From: Lachnospiraceae bacterium
GTDB lineage: Bacteria > Bacillota_I > Bacilli_A > RFN20 > CAG-449
Direction: 5' to 3'
DNA length: 64,000 nt
Assembly: GCA_963648895.1 (NCBI GenBank)
Contig: CAVJGK010000001.1
Coordinates: forward strand, 26,745 to 90,744
The translations under genes were made by a program, and so were the position numbers. Below the pieces are notes generated by a model. It ran no database searches, was not told where the DNA came from, and saw only the letters and a list, made by a program, of their open reading frames with translations. Every line of letters starts with the position of its first letter. Positions within the stretch are counted from its first letter, which is position 1. Shown here one piece after another: positions 16,513-26,611 of the stretch.

Positions 16513-16934
16513 AAATCTAAGTCCTCCAAATCGTATGCCATATACAGTTCCATTTCCTTATACATAGTGCCTTTGGCAAACATAGGCAATTTTATTGGAT
16601 CATTCAGAAAGTCACCGCATATTGTAATTACTATATATTCATCCTTATAATCAATACCACCACTTTTCTTTTCAATCAGAATATGATTTTTTTTGTTCTG
16701 TCTAAATGGTGCAATAATATTTCTTAAATATTCTCTTTCTACATCATCTAATATCGATTCTTTGTGCTCCTCATACAGCCAATCTAATATAGATATATCT
16801 TCATTATGGTACTTTGCCCAAATCTTATATAAAGTGTTTGCTATGTCCTCTACGTATGAAGTATAATTTGACGAATATTGTCTGTAGGCAAATGTCGTTT
16901 TAATTTCATCTTTATAGAATTCAAAATTGTTCAT
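16503..16934 (-). CDS. hypothetical protein
   Basis: 143 aa ORF. Promoter motif at 16975-17010. Confidence 0.4.
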   Translation of the reverse strand: MNNFEFYKDEIKTTFAYRQYSSNYTSYVEDIANTLYKIWAKYHNEDISILDWLYEEHKESILDDVEREYLRNIIAPFRQNKKNHILIEKKSGGIDYKDEYIVITICGDFLNDPIKLPMFAKGTMYKEMELYMAYDLEDLDLWQ

Positions 16935-17015
16935 CTGTTTTTCTCCTGTTATTTACATATTTATTATACCGTGTATAAATTAGAAGTAAACTAAAAAAGA
17001 TATTTTTCAGTATCT

Positions 17016-17711
17016 TTAATAATCGCATTCTTCAAGAATTACAATTTCATATTTATTTCTATCTTCCCAATTATATAGGTAATAGAGCATGTCCTCAAAA
17101 GAACTTCCTAGTGTGCTCAGCTCAAAGTTTAAATACTCTTTACTATTGTAATCTGGGAAAGCATAGTAAGAATAATCCTCATAACCGTGCTTTGTATACT
17201 CATAACCTTCCTCATCTTTTGCAGTAGTTGTTTTAATTTTCTTTGCGCACATATTGGCATAGGAAACAGCGCTTATAGGATTATAAAATATTCCTTCTGT
17301 ATCTTTATATTCTGAATTTTCGTACTCATCAATTTCATCTACTAAGTAGTATCCTTTTTTGATAAAGTCTAAACCTAGCTTTCTTAAATCAGATAAAGAA
17401 ATTAAATTTACATCAGCAAAGCTTGTTTCACCACGCCAGTCTGTTCCTGTAAAAGTTTCTTTAATTACATCGTCTACATCAGTTTTATTCAAGTGATACC
17501 AATCGTCAATATAACCTTCAGGCATAAAACTTCCTGTACGATATAAAATACAATTCATTACTGTTTTAAGCTCAAGAGTGTCTTCTTCTTTATCCGGTTT
17601 AACTGTGTGTGTTAACCCAGGGAAGTGAACTACTTTACCTGTTTCTTTTTCTCTAATTGCTACATAAAAATTATAATAAGTTGACATTTTATTTTTCCTT
17701 TCTACCACCAC
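17016..17711 (-). CDS. hypothetical protein
   Basis: 231 aa ORF. Confidence 0.45.
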   Translation of the reverse strand: MVVERKNKMSTYYNFYVAIREKETGKVVHFPGLTHTVKPDKEEDTLELKTVMNCILYRTGSFMPEGYIDDWYHLNKTDVDDVIKETFTGTDWRGETSFADVNLISLSDLRKLGLDFIKKGYYLVDEIDEYENSEYKDTEGIFYNPISAVSYANMCAKKIKTTTAKDEEGYEYTKHGYEDYSYYAFPDYNSKEYLNFELSTLGSSFEDMLYYLYNWEDRNKYEIVILEECDY

Positions 17712-18049
17712 ATAGCTGGTAATACCTTAAACCACCATTTACCAAATTCTTCAAGAGTTTCCATATATTTTTTGTTAGCTTCTTTATAATCTATGTTTTC
17801 CCCCCATAGCTCAAGGTCTACCATCTTTTGGATTTTCTCTACCAACTCAATCATATGAATAATTGCTTCTTTCTGGGTCAAGGTAGTACCATCAACAGTA
17901 AATTTTTGATAGTCTAAATCAACTATACTGTTTGCATCTTTTAGATAAGTTTTTAGATGCTCATCTGCCCACTTATAAAATGCGCAATCCATACTCCAAC
18001 AATCTTCTGAAACTTTCTTCTTATGCTTTAAATATTGCCTGTGCTTCAT
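17702..18049 (-). CDS. hypothetical protein
   Basis: 115 aa ORF. Confidence 0.4.
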   Translation of the reverse strand: MKHRQYLKHKKKVSEDCWSMDCAFYKWADEHLKTYLKDANSIVDLDYQKFTVDGTTLTQKEAIIHMIELVEKIQKMVDLELWGENIDYKEANKKYMETLEEFGKWWFKVLPAMWW

Positions 18050-18276
18050 GTGGTGTCTTCCTCCTTACATTTATATTATAATAAATAACCGTTAAAAAGT
18101 AAACCTAAAATTCATCTGGAAAAAACCAATCGAAAATTTCAGTTAATAGGAAAACAAATAAAAATGCTGCAGTAAGTATTCCAATAGAAACTAACATATT
18201 TGGTATATCTGTACCAAATCCCAAAATAATTATAATGTAGAATGGCAACCAAGTAAGATAATATTTTCTTTTCATA

Positions 18277-18771
18277 TTAGTCCTCAGGTAATTTTTCTAT
18301 TTCTGAAACTATTTCATTAACCATATCATTTAAGCTAGGGATTTTTCTTAGCGAATTTACTTCAAACTTTATTTTATTAATTAATTCTCTAACTTCGCGA
18401 TTACCCACATCATCTAAACAAAGTCTTTCTGCAAGGGCAGTTAATAAAGTATATAATTCCCGTATATCACAAATATTTTCAATTGATAACTCTCGCATAG
18501 CTAGAACTGTCTCACCAAGTAATTCTGAAAGGCGCTCTAAGCGATAGTAAACTTTAATAAAATTACTTGCAGTACATTCCATATTTCTAACATCTGAAAG
18601 TCCGTCTACGCTCTCAGCATCTTTGCTATAATCAGCGCATAACCAATCAACTACAAGTTCGTCCTTAAGAGGTTGACATATATCATAATGATTTACTAAG
18701 CAATAAACTTTATAAAATCCTAATGATTTAATTTCATCTTTGTAAAATTCTAAGTTTGTCATAGGAAGCAC
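18277..18771 (-). CDS. hypothetical protein
   Basis: 164 aa ORF. Confidence 0.4.
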   Translation of the reverse strand: MLPMTNLEFYKDEIKSLGFYKVYCLVNHYDICQPLKDELVVDWLCADYSKDAESVDGLSDVRNMECTASNFIKVYYRLERLSELLGETVLAMRELSIENICDIRELYTLLTALAERLCLDDVGNREVRELINKIKFEVNSLRKIPSLNDMVNEIVSEIEKLPED

Positions 18772-18780
18772 TTCCTTTCT

Positions 18781-19044
18781 TTATAATTCGATGCTTTCGA
18801 TAAATGCTCTTTGTTGTAATAAATTTAAATAATATCTCATGTTATCTAACTGTTCTATTAACATTCCTACAGGACAGTCATGAGCTGGCATTCGATCTTC
18901 AGTTTCGAAATACTGACATGCTTTAATCTTATTTACAAATTTCTCCAACTTGTCATATCTTATTTTTGTTTGATAATATTCAGCCTTAAAACGTTCCTTA
19001 TAATCAGAACTGTTCATCATTTCAACTGTATCTTTTAGTTCCAT
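18781..19044 (-). CDS. hypothetical protein
   Basis: 87 aa ORF. Confidence 0.35.
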   Translation of the reverse strand: MELKDTVEMMNSSDYKERFKAEYYQTKIRYDKLEKFVNKIKACQYFETEDRMPAHDCPVGMLIEQLDNMRYYLNLLQQRAFIESIEL

Positions 19045-19049
19045 TTAAT

Positions 19050-19304
19050 TTAATCTCCTAATCTATATTTTGCAATATCTTTACGAATGTATCTAAAATC
19101 TTTATCAATATATCCATCTGATTCTAATGCTGCACCCAAGTCATCTTTTAGCGTTTGAACATCATCTAGAAGAGTACCTAAATATTCATTACCGGTTAAA
19201 TCAGATGCTTCTAATTCGGTAACAATACTATCAATATCCGCTAAAGCATTTTCTAGGGTATCTTTAATAGTATCTATTTTGGTTTCAAGTTCAGTAATAG
19301 TCAT
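19050..19304 (-). CDS. hypothetical protein
   Basis: 84 aa ORF. Confidence 0.35.
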   Translation of the reverse strand: MTITELETKIDTIKDTLENALADIDSIVTELEASDLTGNEYLGTLLDDVQTLKDDLGAALESDGYIDKDFRYIRKDIAKYRLGD

Positions 19305-19627
19305 TATGCTGTATACCTCGTTCCTTCTTCTTTAAATGCTTCTATGGTCTCATCAAAAAATTCCATTAGCGTTTCTGCTGTACCTATTGCACTCTTTAAT
19401 AATGCTGGATTTAATTTCTTGAATTCTTTTTGATATGCTTGTAGAACCATAAGATAGATAGTAGCGGAACTTAACTTATCAGCACCAGCTTCTAACTGTG
19501 CCTGCGCATAGTCCATAATGGCATTAAATGCGTTATCAGCAATTTTTGTCACACTTGCGAGCGTTTTCTCAAAGTCTTCGGTCGCTTCATCCATCATATC
19601 ATCAGTAAGTTTTAAGCTAATATTCAT
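19304..19627 (-). CDS. hypothetical protein
   Basis: 107 aa ORF. Promoter motif at 19660-19695. Confidence 0.4.
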   Translation of the reverse strand: MNISLKLTDDMMDEATEDFEKTLASVTKIADNAFNAIMDYAQAQLEAGADKLSSATIYLMVLQAYQKEFKKLNPALLKSAIGTAETLMEFFDETIEAFKEEGTRYTA

Positions 19628-19691
19628 AATTTTCAGTCTCCTTTACGTATTTTTATTATAAGCCAATAGTTTGTATTTGTAAACTAAATTA

Positions 19692-20093
19692 TTATTGACC
19701 TGCATACCAATTAGTTATTCTGAAATAATCGAAGTCTCCAAAGGATGACTTCTTATAACACTTTTCCTTAGGGTCATACTCTGATAGTGTATACATCCCG
19801 AATAATGCTATACCAATGTCATCCTGTTCTGTATACGCATGCGCTCTCAACGACACAGTATCACTTTTAAATCGGTCATAGATTTCTTCGTCATTTAGTC
19901 CACGCACACTGGAGTCATCTAATATAAAAGACTTACATAATTCTCTTGAATTGAAATATTTCAAAAATGTATCAAGATCAGCAACATGCTCTCTAAAATC
20001 CTCTGGTAAATCATCTTTAAAATCTTCAAAGCAAACCGGATTCGCTCTTAATCTCTCTATTGCATACCAGTCGGTATCATACCATTCTCGCAT
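19692..20093 (-). CDS. hypothetical protein
   Basis: 133 aa ORF. Promoter TAGTTTACC-N17-TATAAT at about 20105-20140. Confidence 0.4.
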   Translation of the reverse strand: MREWYDTDWYAIERLRANPVCFEDFKDDLPEDFREHVADLDTFLKYFNSRELCKSFILDDSSVRGLNDEEIYDRFKSDTVSLRAHAYTEQDDIGIALFGMYTLSEYDPKEKCYKKSSFGDFDYFRITNWYAGQ

Positions 20094-20308
20094 ATTTTAC
20101 CTCCTATAATAATTATAAACTAACTTTTATCTAAGGTAAACTAGAATCTAGTACTTGAGATGCCAGTTTGGCGTTTCAAGTTTAAACTTGGGATCACAAT
20201 TTGTTGCATCAAGTTCAGCTCCGTAAAATAAAAAGTCCCACCGGGTTGCGCATAACTATCAAAGATAGACCTAGGCGTGGTGGGTTCTATTATAATTAGT
20301 ATACAGTT

Positions 20309-20893
20309 TTAAATTCTACCGGGGACAAATCCCTCTGGACAAATCTCTTTGCGCACATTTATAGTTCCATTATTAAACCATTTTAATTTGTGCATTGTTT
20401 CTTTTCTTTTATCTTTCGTCACCTGCGTTTGTTTTTTGCCTAAATTAGCAGCACGTAGTTTTTCTTTGGTTTCTTCTGAAACAGATTTTCCTTTATTTCA
20501 TGGAACTTTTCCTTTATGTGCTTCGCTCATTTTCTGTCTTGCTTCTGTAGATCGCTTTTGACCTTTTAAGCTATTATTCATCTTTTCCTGTGTCTCAGCA
20601 GACCTTTTATACTGGACATTTCTTACTTTTTCTTTAAAGTCATTAGTTCTGTAAACAGATGGAAACTTAATATAATCAGGATGTTCAATATTAAGGCTTA
20701 CGCACTCTAACGAGTTATATTCTATCAAATTTCTCTGCCATTTATCTGGAGAACATCGCCATAATAGGTAATTGCATCTAAGGTGCTCTTCTAAAGGTAA
20801 TTCATCCACAAGCTTAAAATAAGATTCTAGCACATCAGGTAATTCCATTTTAGTGATAAGTTGTTTATAACATGCGTTATACTCAAGTTTCAT
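20309..20893 (-). CDS. NUMOD-repeat homing-endonuclease-like protein with one in-frame TGA
   Basis: The track ORF ends with TGA at 20498-20500. In-frame continuation NKGKSVSEETKEKLRAANLGKKQ (another NUMOD3-like repeat) ends in the conserved C-terminal motif WFNNGTINVRKEICPEGFVPGRI and TAA. Confidence 0.5.
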
Positions 20894-22048
20894 TTATACT
20901 TTCTCCCATACATATATTTTATTACCTGCGCCATAAATCTTGCTCACTGCTTCTTCAGCATATTCTGAAACAATATCTTTATTAGGTAGCATATACCATA
21001 CATTAGGTTCTGTATAACCTACAAGGCGCATTCCTAATACTTCATATTCATGCCCAGCAAACTTATTAAAATCGCAGTAAGCAGTTATTTTATTCGGGCG
21101 ATGCTGTTGTATAAAGTAATTAAACAACTTAGACATTCCACCAGTGACCAAAATGCTATTCTTAGTAGTGTTTTGTGTCAGTTCCCAATCATCATTAACT
21201 TTGCCAAAAGACATTGTCTGAACTAATTCATTATTATAAAATAACCCATAAGTAATCAGCACGCCTGGAATTTCTCGTATTGCGCATTCACTTGCATCTA
21301 TACGCGTTTCCACTTTATTTAAAACAGCACGCAATAACGACTTTATAGTTTCCCTAGTAGCATCATCATTTCATTCCCATTCATAAATATGAATTAAATG
21401 TATTCCTTTATTAGCACATTTTATACTTTTATTTAAGTGATAATACTTATCTGTTCCTGCAATATCGCTATGATAGTACTGCCCATTAAACTCTATTGCA
21501 ACTTGGGCACCAGGAATATAAATATCTAATTCTTGTGGCGGAATAACATTTCTTACATGTGTTAAAACTTCCCCATCATAAATACTTTGTACATAGTTAA
21601 ATATTTCTTGTTCCGGATGTGAACCAGTATGAGTAATTCCGTTGTTAAGATCATCAAAAGAATCCTTTAGTCTTTCGTAATCGTCCTTAGAAATATAAGC
21701 AATATTGCCATTTTTATATGTTTTGATATTCCGATTATTAAGTGTAGCAGCTAATCTACATCGCTTTATCTTATCATTATAATCTACAATATCTTTTAGT
21801 ACTACTATATCAGGATTACTGTGTAATTCATTTATTATTGCCTGCTTATTCTTCTCGGTTGTTATTTTATTAAATAGCGTAGCACAGTTGTGTGTATCAT
21901 AAAATTGTTTTACTTTAGGTAAAGAATCTATAGGAAATTCTCCATTAGCGTTAGGTGCTATTTCCAAGTATTCAAAAATATTCTTTACTGTTCCTTTTGA
22001 TATTCTGAGAGCATCAGAAAACCACCTAACCTTTTTATAAACCATCAT
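20894..22048 (-). CDS. DUF559/Vsr-like (PD-(D/E)XK) endonuclease-domain protein, two track ORFs fused through an in-frame TGA
   Basis: ELDIYIPGAQVAIEFNGQYYH motif. The track ORF ends at TGA 21371-21373. The next 12 codons NDDATRETIKSL run straight into ORF 20894-21334 in the same frame. Confidence 0.5.
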
Positions 22049-22052
22049 AATT

Positions 22053-22084
22053 ATTATAAATTAATTATCGGGTATTGTAAACTA
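22053..22084 (-). promoter_or_regulatory. early promoter TAGTTTACA-N17-TATAAT
   Basis: -35 TTTACA at 22081-22076, 17-nt spacer, -10 TATAAT at 22058-22053. Sits immediately after a terminator hairpin. Confidence 0.5.
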
Positions 22085-22109
22085 AAAAGAGAACTTTTAC
22101 AAGTTCTCT
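22084..22109 (-). terminator. rho-independent terminator
   Basis: AGAGAAC-(7 nt)-GTTCTCT hairpin, followed by TTTTT on the coding strand. Overlaps the nrdD stop. Confidence 0.55.
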
Positions 22110-22614
22110 AAATAAAATTATCTATGTGGGTTACGCGATCCCATATCTCGTCGGTACGCCCGCGGTTCCAGAAGTTGCTTCCTATATAACCGCAAGTGCG
22201 ACGAGCTATGTTTAATCGCTTATGATCTCTGTTACCACAAATAGGACACTGCCAATCTTTTACCCCATTTTCATCCTCAGCATATCCAATTTCGCCTTCA
22301 TATCCGCAATTCATACAATAATCAGATTTAATATTTAATTCAGCATACATAATTGTATTATAAATAAATTTAATTACTTCTAGAACTGCTTCTATGTTCT
22401 TTTCTAGGTTAGGACACTCTATATAAGAGATTGCTCCGCCTGGACTTAATCTTTGAAATTCTGCTTCAAATGATAATTTATCAAAAGCATCTATAGGTTC
22501 TGTTACATGGATGTGGTAACTGTTTGTAATATAATCTTTATCAGTTATTCCTTTTATTACGCCAAATCTTTTCTTTAAGCATTTAGCAAATTTAAATGTT
22601 GTGGATTCCAACAT
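22108..22614 (-). CDS. nrdD: anaerobic ribonucleoside-triphosphate reductase NrdD, C-terminal segment (Zn ribbon plus glycyl-radical domain)
   Basis: CMNCGYEGE...WQCPICGN zinc ribbon followed by the glycyl-radical motif RRTCGYIGSNFWNRGRTDEIWDRVTH. GGAISYIE segment upstream. Confidence 0.7.
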   Translation of the reverse strand: MLESTTFKFAKCLKKRFGVIKGITDKDYITNSYHIHVTEPIDAFDKLSFEAEFQRLSPGGAISYIECPNLEKNIEAVLEVIKFIYNTIMYAELNIKSDYCMNCGYEGEIGYAEDENGVKDWQCPICGNRDHKRLNIARRTCGYIGSNFWNRGRTDEIWDRVTHIDNFI

Positions 22615-23637
22615 TGATACCCTCGGTTTCCCGATATTTTCTGTATTTGCAATCAGATGTCATTATTTGACAGGGGATTAGACTATATTTTAAGCTTGAT
22701 ATCTGTTACCAATATCAAGTCAATCCGTCTTTCCGCCCTTTGATGGGCGTACATACATTTTTTATAAAATGCGTTACTGTTAATTCAGTCTACTTGCTGA
22801 AATATCGTATTTCTCGAATATTTCAGTTTTGGATAGTCGTTAGAGATTTAAGTATCTTGAAATTCGAAATAGTAACCAGTTCTGGTTTTTGTTTTTATTT
22901 CGTGGTTACAATGTCTAAATATAGTGCTTTTACTAATTCCCAATGCTTTGCTACATTCAGATGCTGAACCAAACCTTGCAATTTCATGATGGTTTTTGTC
23001 ATATGCAATTACAGGTATTGATTGTGAGTCCACATATCCTTTGTCGTTTTTCAAAAGACCATCGTTCACCGCTTTTTGAATATTTTCTGAATTGGTTGTC
23101 CAATATAGATTTTCAACATTACAGTGTGTTTTGATGTTGTCTTTGTGTCCGACAATTGGATAATTGTTTGGATTTGGAATGTATGCTTTTGCAACAAGTC
23201 GATGAAGTCGATGCGATACCTTGTGACCATTCGATTCAACAATTGTTATATATACATATCCATTTTTCTTATCCGTATGTGTTTTTCGAGGTAGATACCC
23301 ATTCGGATATTCTCGATATACATTTCCAGAGGGTGTGATGAAATAATCATCAGTTACATCTATTATTTTTAGAGGTTCTGTTATTTGAGATTTGTCAATT
23401 AACAGATGTTTTCGTTTCGGTGCAAATTTTGAAATCATTTATCTCCTTTCATGATTTCAAGATACTATTTACTACGGGATTTGCAATGTCCATATGTGTG
23501 GATTTAGCATTCCTTACCGATATGATTCGTCTATGATTGATAATCATCTGAGGTTCACATTTGACTTTTAGTCACGCAGTGAACAGTCTTATTTTTATCA
23601 GCCCGTTTAGCGGATTTAATTTTTCGCAATATTGCTA
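22615..23637 (-). mobile_element. intervening sequence splitting nrdD (group I intron candidate) carrying an HNH homing endonuclease
   Basis: About 1 kb sits between the two NrdD segments, which are in different frames. The 5' portion contains GACUAAAAGUCAAAUGUGAACC, reminiscent of a group I core. No splicing has been demonstrated. Confidence 0.4.
22849..23438 (-). CDS. HNH homing endonuclease (I-HmuI-like, with C-terminal HTH)
   Basis: GYVYITIVESNGHKVSHRLHRLVAKAYIPNPNNYPIVGHKDNIKTHCNVENLYWTTNSEN (NUMOD4/HNH) and C-terminal ..FGSASECSKALGISKSTIFRHCN. Confidence 0.65.
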
Positions 23638-25365
23638 TTACGCCACCCTTGAACTCTTAGGTGTGCCATACAAACTATAACCTATATTTTCTGCTGCTCT
23701 CCATTGCTCACATTTATCATTAAGTTTTTGCATTATTTGTAAACCGAATACTTTGCCCTCATCAGTAGTAAGCTTTTTACCTATTACTGCTAAGACGCAT
23801 TCCCACAAACCTGCGTATCCTAATGATAATGTAGAGTAATTATCAAATAATAATTTATCTATTGTTTCACCAGATTTTAATCTAGCTAAACCTCCATATT
23901 GCCAATGGATAGGAGAAATATCTGACTTAGTACCTCTTAATCTTTCATGTCTGCACTTTAATGCTTTATGGCATAATTCTGTTCGCTCTTCAAATAATTC
24001 CCAGAACTTCTCTATGTCGTGACCTGCAGATAAACCTAAATCAACTAGATTTAAAGTAACCACTCCAGCATTCCAGCGTCCATAATATTTCTTACCTTTG
24101 ACCCAGTTATCGGCATTTGCCAGATTTTCAGTTGTAGTATCTGGTGTTAAGAAACTTCTACAACCCATGCAAGGATAACAATCCCCTTTTAATTCTAACA
24201 TTATCTTTTCGGAAATATAATCTGGTACCATTCTTTTAGCAGTGCATTTTGCTGCTAATTCAGTTAACCACCAATATTCCGAACCTTCTGTTATATTATC
24301 TTCTTCAAGGACATAAAGCAATTTAGGGAATGCCGGTGTTATATATGCGCCAACTTCATTCTTTGTGCCCTGAATTCTTTGATTTAATACTTCTGCAATA
24401 AACATTGCTAAATCATCTTTTTCTTGTTTTGATTTAGCTTCATTTAAATACATAAATAAAGATGAAAATGGAGTTTGTCCATTACTTGTATTTAATGTAT
24501 TTATTTGATATTGCATTATTTGTACACCACGCTCAATTTCTTTCTTTAAGCGCTTCTCAACAATTTCATCTATGCGTTCTTCAGAAACTTGAATACCATC
24601 AAACTCTTCCAGCGTTTCTTTCTTTATCTTTTGTCGTGAAATATCTATAAAAGGTGCTAGGTGCGCTAATGACATAGTTTGTCCACCATATTGCCCGCTT
24701 GCAATGCATGCCATTATTTGTGTCGCGATGTTACAAGCAGTACTGAACGAATGCGGTTTCTCTATTAATGTGCCATTAATAACCGTTCCGTTCTGTAGCA
24801 TATCTTCCAGATTAACTAAACAGCAGTTACCGATGCGCTCAATGAAGTAATCAATGTCATGGAAATGAATAATTCCCTCATCATGCGCTTTAACTACGTC
24901 TGTGGGTAATAGTTGTCTACGCGAAATATCTTCTGAAATACAACCTGCTAAATAGTCTCTTTGAGTACTCGCTAGCATTGCATTTTTATTAGAATTCTCT
25001 GAGGTCCAATATTCGCTAGCACCATTAACAATTTCATTAACAGTTTTATCTGTAGTATTACCTCTGGTTCGCGTGCGCTCGTCACGATACAAGATATATT
25101 GTTTGGCAACTTTCTTATAATCGCCCTTAAGATTCATTAGTCCTTTTTCTACGAGATTGCTTATCTCTTCTGCGGATACCTTATTATTATCTTTTGTTTG
25201 CTCTTCTACATAATCAGCAATCTTAGCTATTTTATCATTTACATAATTATCTAATGTAATTTCTGACGCTTCGAAAGTACGTTCTAATGAATCAATTAAT
25301 TTTTCTCGTTTATATTTTTGGCGTCTTCCGTCTAATTTAATAATCCATAATTTATTAGAATCCAT
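23638..25365 (-). CDS. nrdD: anaerobic ribonucleoside-triphosphate reductase NrdD, N-terminal segment
   Basis: 575 aa with N-terminal ATP-cone-like region. Class III RNR body. Ends abruptly with TAA before the glycyl-radical domain, which is encoded at 22108-22614. Confidence 0.65.
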   Translation of the reverse strand: MDSNKLWIIKLDGRRQKYKREKLIDSLERTFEASEITLDNYVNDKIAKIADYVEEQTKDNNKVSAEEISNLVEKGLMNLKGDYKKVAKQYILYRDERTRTRGNTTDKTVNEIVNGASEYWTSENSNKNAMLASTQRDYLAGCISEDISRRQLLPTDVVKAHDEGIIHFHDIDYFIERIGNCCLVNLEDMLQNGTVINGTLIEKPHSFSTACNIATQIMACIASGQYGGQTMSLAHLAPFIDISRQKIKKETLEEFDGIQVSEERIDEIVEKRLKKEIERGVQIMQYQINTLNTSNGQTPFSSLFMYLNEAKSKQEKDDLAMFIAEVLNQRIQGTKNEVGAYITPAFPKLLYVLEEDNITEGSEYWWLTELAAKCTAKRMVPDYISEKIMLELKGDCYPCMGCRSFLTPDTTTENLANADNWVKGKKYYGRWNAGVVTLNLVDLGLSAGHDIEKFWELFEERTELCHKALKCRHERLRGTKSDISPIHWQYGGLARLKSGETIDKLLFDNYSTLSLGYAGLWECVLAVIGKKLTTDEGKVFGLQIMQKLNDKCEQWRAAENIGYSLYGTPKSSRVA

Positions 25366-25431
25366 TAATTTTTTTCCTTTCTCAAGTAAATATATAGGTC
25401 TGAGAATAAATTGGAAAATTAGTATTGTAGT

Positions 25432-25905
25432 TTAGAAATTATCTACAACGTAATACTTCTTATCAAATTTAACCAAATTATATGCAATCAAATCAGGATG
25501 CTTTTCTTTTATTTGGTTGATAAGCTGATCAAAAGTTCTAAATGTTGTTACAGTATTATAGTCTACCTTATAGTAAACATTTTTATTCTTTGCAACAAGA
25601 ATTGTATGACAATCATTTATATTAGGTACCATGTATGTTAATAAAACACAATCGATATCTGATTCCTTTAATATTTGCATAATGCAAGCATGGAATCCAT
25701 CACAGTCATCTTCTAATGTACCTTGGGCATAATCAAAATAACACTCAGCAGGTGTTCTCATACAATCAAATAGATCTTCTGCTTTATCCATCGTCCAAGT
25801 AAATTTTGAGTATACCTGTTTAGTTAATGTTCTAAGATTAGTTAAAAATGAAGTACTATTCTTATCTATTGTTTCTGTTGGAACTATAGATGTCATATGA
25901 TTCAA
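25432..25905 (-). CDS. hypothetical protein
   Basis: 157 aa ORF. Confidence 0.4.
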   Translation of the reverse strand: MNHMTSIVPTETIDKNSTSFLTNLRTLTKQVYSKFTWTMDKAEDLFDCMRTPAECYFDYAQGTLEDDCDGFHACIMQILKESDIDCVLLTYMVPNINDCHTILVAKNKNVYYKVDYNTVTTFRTFDQLINQIKEKHPDLIAYNLVKFDKKYYVVDNF

Positions 25906-25971
25906 ATTTCTAAAATTAGACCAGCTAACTCTTCATGCTAACCATTTTTTCAAAAACCATTTCATAATTTG

Positions 25972-26220
25972 CTATTCCTTTTCTCTATCTCTTACTAAGC
26001 TGACTGTTCCATCCCCATAGCAATAAATACGACCATTATGGTCTAACGTGATATCGGTATTCTTATTATAGTAACCGGCGTACCCTTTTTTGTAATTAAT
26101 TGCTTGGATTTGCGAACCAACATCCCTAATTACGCCAATAGCAATTCTGTTTTTATTATAAACAATTATATCAGGCATAAAAGCATAGGTCTCCTTTCTT
26201 TGATTATTATAATTATACAA
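25972..26220 (-). CDS. hypothetical protein
   Basis: 82 aa ORF. A terminator-plus-promoter unit lies at 26221-26270. Confidence 0.35.
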   Translation of the reverse strand: MYNYNNQRKETYAFMPDIIVYNKNRIAIGVIRDVGSQIQAINYKKGYAGYYNKNTDITLDHNGRIYCYGDGTVSLVRDREKE

Positions 26221-26272
26221 TAAAAAAAGGTCTATGTAAACCTAATTACATAGACCAGAGGGGAGAGTCAAT

Positions 26273-26611
26273 TTATTTCTTTTTCTTTTTCTTAGCAGGT
26301 GTTTCTTCCGCTGTTTCTTCATGAACTTCTTCTACAGGTTCACATGCTTCTTCTTCGCACTCAATAACAGGTTCTTCATGCGCAACCTCAGCGGCAGGTT
26401 CTTCTTCTTTAATCGCTTCGACAACTTCTGCTACTGCAGGCTCTTTACCTGCTTCTCTAACAAAAATTGCGTGATAACCATTTCTACCTGAAAGAACTTC
26501 AAATCTACTATCAGTACATTCAAATAATACACCCGCAGGAACGATTCTTCCTAATTCTGCAATAACAACACCTAATACTTGTGATTGCTCAGTAGTTACA
26601 ACTTGTTTCAT
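26273..26611 (-). CDS. acidic protein with C-terminal poly-lysine tail
   Basis: 112 aa with an E/A/V-rich C-terminal half ending PAKKKKKK. Confidence 0.4.
   Translation of the reverse strand: MKQVVTTEQSQVLGVVIAELGRIVPAGVLFECTDSRFEVLSGRNGYHAIFVREAGKEPAVAEVVEAIKEEEPAAEVAHEEPVIECEEEACEPVEEVHEETAEETPAKKKKKK

Noticed and set aside
22108-22614. Initial reading of this ORF as the NrdG activase because of its size and position after nrdD
   Set aside because: It contains the NrdD zinc ribbon and the RRTCGYIG glycyl-radical motif, and lacks a radical-SAM CxxxCxxC motif. It is the C-terminal part of NrdD.
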